From Nostoc sp. DedSLP01 (GTDB lineage: Bacteria > Cyanobacteriota > Cyanobacteriia > Cyanobacteriales > Nostocaceae): a stretch of 64,000 nt of DNA. Position 1 is the stretch's first letter; every line of letters begins with the position of its first letter. A program made the translations under genes and the position numbers. The notes under the pieces were generated by a model that was given only the letters and a program-made list of their open reading frames with translations, had not been told where the DNA came from and made no database searches. Positions 59,233 through 64,000 of this stretch are shown here, piece by piece. Location: assembly GCA_034530875.2 (NCBI GenBank), contig JAVRCJ020000016.1:1-64000 (forward strand), in the 5' to 3' direction.

Positions 59233-59963
59233 ATTAGATTTTCGTTTAAACTAAATTGCCACTCTGGGTGTGCATCTAAAACAGCTACAATATCTTTGAC
59301 ACTGGCATATTCAGCATTAGCACCAAGAGAATTTACAATCAAACGAACTCGATTCAGTTCCTCATTAGTATCTACACTTAGTTTCCATTGACGACGTGAC
59401 AACTCTTGAGATGAACCTAATCGAGCAATTTTAAACTTTTCTGGAAAATTATCCACTACTAAAGTTACATGTTCTTTATCGGCAGCACTAGTGCCTAACT
59501 CGCTCATTTTTGCGAAGGCATCTTTTGTAAACAATTCGGCATTAAATCCGTTGGGGTAACTTGTTTGATAATGAGGTTGAGCCAGAATATGAGTATAGTC
59601 TGCATCTTCTCGTTGTTTCAGGTTAACTAGGGCATCTAGCAAAGTCCAATCAATTAAAGGACAATCTCCTGTAATCCGAAAAATCAAAGATGGATCAGTC
59701 TTTTGAATCAGAAGGTTGTAGCGAGAACGAACGTCTTGAGGATCTCCCCGCAGTACATTGGCTCTATTCTCAACTGCTGTTACTAGTACATCGTCTTCAG
59801 GATTTGTCGTTGTTAAAACCCAAACTTCATCTATTTGGCTAGCTCTTTTTACTCTATCTATTACCCAATGAATAATTGGTTTTCCCCCAAGGTCAATTAG
59901 GGACTTGCCAGGGAGACGAGTAGAACCCATACGGGCCTGAATTCCAGCTACAACCCTACTCAC
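59229..59963 (-). CDS. Acylneuraminate cytidylyltransferase, SpsF/PseF-like
   Basis: IQARMGSTRLPGKSL, RITGDCPLID, SVDT. Confidence 0.85.
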   Translation of the reverse strand: MSRVVAGIQARMGSTRLPGKSLIDLGGKPIIHWVIDRVKRASQIDEVWVLTTTNPEDDVLVTAVENRANVLRGDPQDVRSRYNLLIQKTDPSLIFRITGDCPLIDWTLLDALVNLKQREDADYTHILAQPHYQTSYPNGFNAELFTKDAFAKMSELGTSAADKEHVTLVVDNFPEKFKIARLGSSQELSRRQWKLSVDTNEELNRVRLIVNSLGANAEYASVKDIVAVLDAHPEWQFSLNENLI

Positions 59964-61012
59964 TTAAATATCTCCCATTGCAACACAGTGTTTTCTGCTA
60001 GGTCAGCAGAAACTTTCATACCCAAGACCGTATCTAGAAATTGAGGAGCAATTCCTCCTCCTGGTCTAACAATTTTGATATCTTCGGGCTGCAAACGATG
60101 ACCTGCTGCAACTTTATGACGCAATACTAAAGAACGTACAGAAGTTTTACGCTCTGATTCTTCACAGGCAACAACACGTTTGCGGGGATGTCCTAGAGCA
60201 GTATAAGTATCTTTAACTCCACATACAAGTTGGTGAAGTTGAGCCATATTCAGACTAAACCAATGATCTGGCCCTACAGAATCCTGATTCAAGGTGACGT
60301 GTTTTTCAATGACACTAGCACCTAAAGCAACAGCGGCGATCGCTGCTGTTGTTCCCAAACTATGGTCAGAAAATCCAATCGCACATTCTGGGTAGAGAGT
60401 AGCAAGGGTAGGGATAACCCGCAGATTCATCTCTTCCATTGGTGAAGGATACTGAGCAACACAATGCATGATGCATAATTCACGGCAGCCACTTTCAAAT
60501 AATGTTGCGATCGCAGTATCAGCTTCCGCTAAAGTACATTTACCTAAAGATAAAAAGACAGGCTTTCCAGTTTGGGCAATGTGGCGCAGCATTGGTAAGT
60601 GATTTACATCAGAGGCTGCAACTTTAAAAGCAGGAACATTTAACTCCATTAAAAAATCAACACCCTTTTCACTAAAAGGAGTTGAAAAGACTTCTAATCC
60701 TAGTTCATGAGCGACTTGAAAAAGGTCAGCATGAGCCTCACGAGGGAGAGAAAGTCTTTGAAATAAGTCTCCGATACGCTCTTGTTGTTCTTTTCCAGCA
60801 GAACCCCAAGTAATAATTCGTTGGGAATCAGCTACTAATTCTTCTGCTGTATAGGTTTGAAATTTAACAGCTTTGGCTCCGGTAGCAGCTATTTCCTGAA
60901 GCATTAATTCTGCTTTTTTAGCGTTACCGTCATGATTAGCGCCAATTTCTGCCACTACTAAAGGAGGTGTATTATCTCCTATCTGGATTTTTCCGATTGG
61001 AAAATTAGCCAA
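59960..61012 (-). CDS. N-acetylneuraminate/pseudaminate synthase family (NeuB/PseI)
   Basis: VAEIGANHDG, AVKFQTY, FKVAASD, GFSDHS, IEKH, C-terminal SAF domain RPGGGI. Confidence 0.92.
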   Translation of the reverse strand: MANFPIGKIQIGDNTPPLVVAEIGANHDGNAKKAELMLQEIAATGAKAVKFQTYTAEELVADSQRIITWGSAGKEQQERIGDLFQRLSLPREAHADLFQVAHELGLEVFSTPFSEKGVDFLMELNVPAFKVAASDVNHLPMLRHIAQTGKPVFLSLGKCTLAEADTAIATLFESGCRELCIMHCVAQYPSPMEEMNLRVIPTLATLYPECAIGFSDHSLGTTAAIAAVALGASVIEKHVTLNQDSVGPDHWFSLNMAQLHQLVCGVKDTYTALGHPRKRVVACEESERKTSVRSLVLRHKVAAGHRLQPEDIKIVRPGGGIAPQFLDTVLGMKVSADLAENTVLQWEIFK

Positions 61013-61133
61013 AATTAAATCTCCTGTTTTTCTTGAAAAGTCTTTTGATTATTCATTTATCTTGCCTCTGAAGAATGTCATAAATTTATTTCCAAGCAAT
61101 CAATGTACCAACAAAATAATATTTAATTATAAT

Positions 61134-61844
61134 TTAGGATTTATTCGGTTTTTTAGCCCATACAATCCACCAGCTATGTTTTTCTTTCATATTGTTTTTG
61201 TACCAGTCACAAAGCTCTAAATTTTCTAACTCAAATCCAGCCTCTTGTATCAACTCCCGAACAATTATTTCATCCAAGAATGTGTAGTGACATCCTGCAT
61301 AAGCTCCTGCTCGTTCATCCAAAAGGAAATGGTCGCGATCTAACTGATTTCCTAACCCATAAAACCAGTTGTCCTTAGTACGAAAGTTGATACATAGCCG
61401 TCCACCAGGACTGAGTAAATTGAAAATCAGCTTAAGATCGGTAAGTATTTCTACAATTGGGCGGAGAAACACTACACCCCAACAAATAACAACATCAAAT
61501 TTATTTAGAGTAAAGCCTGCATTGCGAAAATCATCTATGATAATATCACCGAGTAGTGGATTGTGGCTGTATAGATGACGCACGCGATCGCCTGCCTCAC
61601 GAACAAATTCTACTCCACTGGCTTGAAAGCCAAATTCCATGAGTAACTGTAAGTGCTGCCCAGAGCCAAAACCAATGTCTAAAGCTTGTTTAGAGGTCTT
61701 TTGATCTATCTCCATGCTTGAGAGAAAACGCACCACATATTCACTTGGATAGTTCAATATATGTTTTGTGAGTTCCTTGGTAGCAAAAGACTGATTTTGA
61801 GTATTGATTTTAGATAAGTTCAAAGCAGAATCTTTTTGAATCAT
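61134..61844 (-). CDS. Class I SAM-dependent methyltransferase
   Basis: YPSEYVVRF, ALDIGFGSG, FDVVICWG, LSPGG. Confidence 0.88.
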   Translation of the reverse strand: MIQKDSALNLSKINTQNQSFATKELTKHILNYPSEYVVRFLSSMEIDQKTSKQALDIGFGSGQHLQLLMEFGFQASGVEFVREAGDRVRHLYSHNPLLGDIIIDDFRNAGFTLNKFDVVICWGVVFLRPIVEILTDLKLIFNLLSPGGRLCINFRTKDNWFYGLGNQLDRDHFLLDERAGAYAGCHYTFLDEIIVRELIQEAGFELENLELCDWYKNNMKEKHSWWIVWAKKPNKS

Positions 61845-63070
61845 TGATTTTTCTCCATGTGAAAGTGAATTTTATTTGCTGTTTTATGCCAGATCAGATC
61901 GGCTTCGTCTCTTGTTTCGCCGCAGGTTAATAGATATCCGACGCGATAACCTGTAGCACCAGTACGAGATTCTTCAATTATTTCACCTGGTTCCAGAAAA
62001 CTTTCAACATCAACTACTCCCGGCATTTGGCGAACTTCTTCAATTCCCTCGACTGCTAGAAAGCGCCCTCTCGCAGCTGAAAGCATCCGTAGAACTGCCC
62101 CTCTACGGTGAATTGGCTCAAAATTTGCTTCGTAGCCCAAACTGAAATTGATTAGCTCAAGTATAGGTGAAACTCCTATTACCGCAGGAATCATCTTTGC
62201 CAGTATATTAAATCCAGCAGGCCGTCCAGTAATTTCAATAACAATTGGTTCTCCCGATCGATCAACTATAATATCGGCATTGACTAGGCAATTCTTAAAT
62301 CCCAATATGCTACATGCTTTGGAAAGAGTTTCTGCAATTTTTTGCTGAGTCAAACTAGGGAGTATAGAGGGAGACAACAAACCCTTACCTAATCGAAATG
62401 GTAGTTCTGTTATTTCTTTATCTCTAATAACTATTAATGAGTGGTAATTATTTACCACAACGCTATCTACTCCTACTTCCAATCCTTGAATACACTTTTC
62501 AACTAAAGACTTTCCTGATTCTTTATATTTTTGTCTTTGCTGAAGATGCCACGGTAACCAACGAAGAAACTCAGCTTTATCTCTAGCTACAAATACTCCC
62601 TGACTACCGCTTCCATAACGAGGCTTGGCAACTACTGGATACCCTATTTTTTCTGCTGCCTTTAGCAAAGATTCTTCATCAGTTGCCTCAGCAAATTCTG
62701 GTGTTGCTAATCCGCCTTCTGCTAAAACTTTCCGTGTGAGTAGCTTGTCTGTACAAAGTTTAGCTGCTGCTTCAGAAATTCCCTTTAATCCCAATGCATC
62801 ATTAACTGCTCCTACAGTCGTCAAAATAGCACCTAAAGGAACTGGCAAAACACAACGAATATTTAATTCTCGTGCTAGTGCGATCGCCTTAGCAGTATTT
62901 CGTAAATCCATTACCATACCGCGATCGGCTATTTGCAATCCTCCAGCTTTTGAATTTTCATCTACAGCTGTAACTTTCAGTCCCATTTTTTGAGCAATCT
63001 CAATAACTGGGATCTGTTCAATTCCAGCACCTATACATAAAACATTAATTTCATTAACTTTTTTATCCAT
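61841..63070 (-). CDS. ATP-grasp domain ligase
   Basis: DKLLTR, GYPVVAKPRYGSGSQGV, VEKCIQG.E, IEITGRPAG. Confidence 0.88.
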   Translation of the reverse strand: MDKKVNEINVLCIGAGIEQIPVIEIAQKMGLKVTAVDENSKAGGLQIADRGMVMDLRNTAKAIALARELNIRCVLPVPLGAILTTVGAVNDALGLKGISEAAAKLCTDKLLTRKVLAEGGLATPEFAEATDEESLLKAAEKIGYPVVAKPRYGSGSQGVFVARDKAEFLRWLPWHLQQRQKYKESGKSLVEKCIQGLEVGVDSVVVNNYHSLIVIRDKEITELPFRLGKGLLSPSILPSLTQQKIAETLSKACSILGFKNCLVNADIIVDRSGEPIVIEITGRPAGFNILAKMIPAVIGVSPILELINFSLGYEANFEPIHRRGAVLRMLSAARGRFLAVEGIEEVRQMPGVVDVESFLEPGEIIEESRTGATGYRVGYLLTCGETRDEADLIWHKTANKIHFHMEKNQ

Positions 63071-63097
63071 AAATAAATATTTAATTTAATGATATTT

Positions 63098-64000
63098 TTA
63101 TTTGATTAAAGCTTTTATTGTATTAACTACAAAATCTTGTACTTCTTCAGTCATCCCATAATAAATGGGAATGCTAATTGTCTCCTGGTAGTAATGTTCA
63201 GCCTGGAGATAATCACCCCATTTGAATCCTATATTCTGGTAATAAGGCTGTAGATGAACTGGGATATAGTGCAAATTCACACCAATTCCTGCTTTACGAA
63301 GTTCTTCAAATACCTGCCGATGAGTTTTATTAATCTTATCGACTTTGAGCCGAATCACATAAAGATGCCAGCTAGAATTAGTATCTGGATGTTGCCAGGG
63401 CAGCATCAACGGTAAATCTTGCAGTAATTGATGATAACGGTTAGCTAAAAAGCAACGGCGTTCTACAAACTCATCCAATCTTTGCATTTGACTAGTACCT
63501 AATGCAGCTTGGATATCTGTCATCCGATAGTTGAAGCCTAATTCCAGTTGCTCATAATACCAAGAACCGTAAGATTCTCCTTGCATTAAATCTGGATTGC
63601 GAGTTATGCCATGACTTCTTAATCTAATTAATTTTTGATATAATTCCTCCTGATTTGTTAGCACCATACCGCCTTCACCAGTCGTAATAATCTTAACTGG
63701 ATGAAAGCTAAAAACTGTCATATCAGAAAATTCGCAGCAACCAACAGGTTTTTTCTGATAGCGTCCGCCAATTGCATGAGAAGCATCTTCAATAATTTTG
63801 AAATTATATTGTTGCGACAAAACAGCAATTTTTTCCATTTCGCAAGATTGCCCTGCAAAATGTACAGGTACTAATACTTTTGGTAAACACCCTTGCTTTT
63901 GTGCCTTAGCCAATTTACTTTCTAATTCATCGACGCTCAAATTGTAAGTATTTGCATCAATATCAACAAAATCAACTTTTGCATTACAATAAAGTCCACA
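63098..64000 (-). CDS. pseC: PseC-type UDP-4-amino-4,6-dideoxy-sugar transaminase (5' end outside window)
   Basis: Frame open to the window end (CGLYCNAKVDFVDID); EDASHAIG, FSFHPVKIITTGEGG, LGFNYRMTDIQAALG. Confidence 0.88.
   Translation of the reverse strand, partial: CGLYCNAKVDFVDIDANTYNLSVDELESKLAKAQKQGCLPKVLVPVHFAGQSCEMEKIAVLSQQYNFKIIEDASHAIGGRYQKKPVGCCEFSDMTVFSFHPVKIITTGEGGMVLTNQEELYQKLIRLRSHGITRNPDLMQGESYGSWYYEQLELGFNYRMTDIQAALGTSQMQRLDEFVERRCFLANRYHQLLQDLPLMLPWQHPDTNSSWHLYVIRLKVDKINKTHRQVFEELRKAGIGVNLHYIPVHLQPYYQNIGFKWGDYLQAEHYYQETISIPIYYGMTEEVQDFVVNTIKALIK

Overview
AT-rich chromosome segment of a heterocystous (Nostoc-like) cyanobacterium, judged from abundant HIP1 octamers (GCGATCGC), heptamer tandem repeats (STRR) and the gene content. 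Bases 1 to about 10.9 kb are the right part of an integrated, virus-like element whose left end lies outside the window. It carries small regulatory ORFs, a putative replication protein, an ORF with four perfect 13-bp repeats, and a short tyrosine recombinase with adjacent inverted-repeat sites. It also carries a tightly coupled, HIP1-poor block of 10 unknown genes that look structural (fibre-tip-like protein, coiled-coil/collagen/membrane protein, holin-like protein). I see no terminase, portal, HK97 capsid or Zot gene, so this element is the best candidate for an undescribed system. About 11-49.7 kb is mostly housekeeping (holA, trpB, trpC, lpdA, agmatinase, cruP-like, queA, amidase, pyrG, ROK kinase, NTRC) plus a carbonic anhydrase-sbtA-sbtB-carbonic anhydrase cluster and many small or nested repeat elements. 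About 51.4-64 kb is a type IV pilin/O-GlcNAc-transferase locus facing a pseudaminic-acid-type nonulosonate pathway with extra ATP-grasp and methyltransferase genes. No rRNA, tRNA or CRISPR array was recognised. All product calls come from motif recognition by eye, not from database searches.
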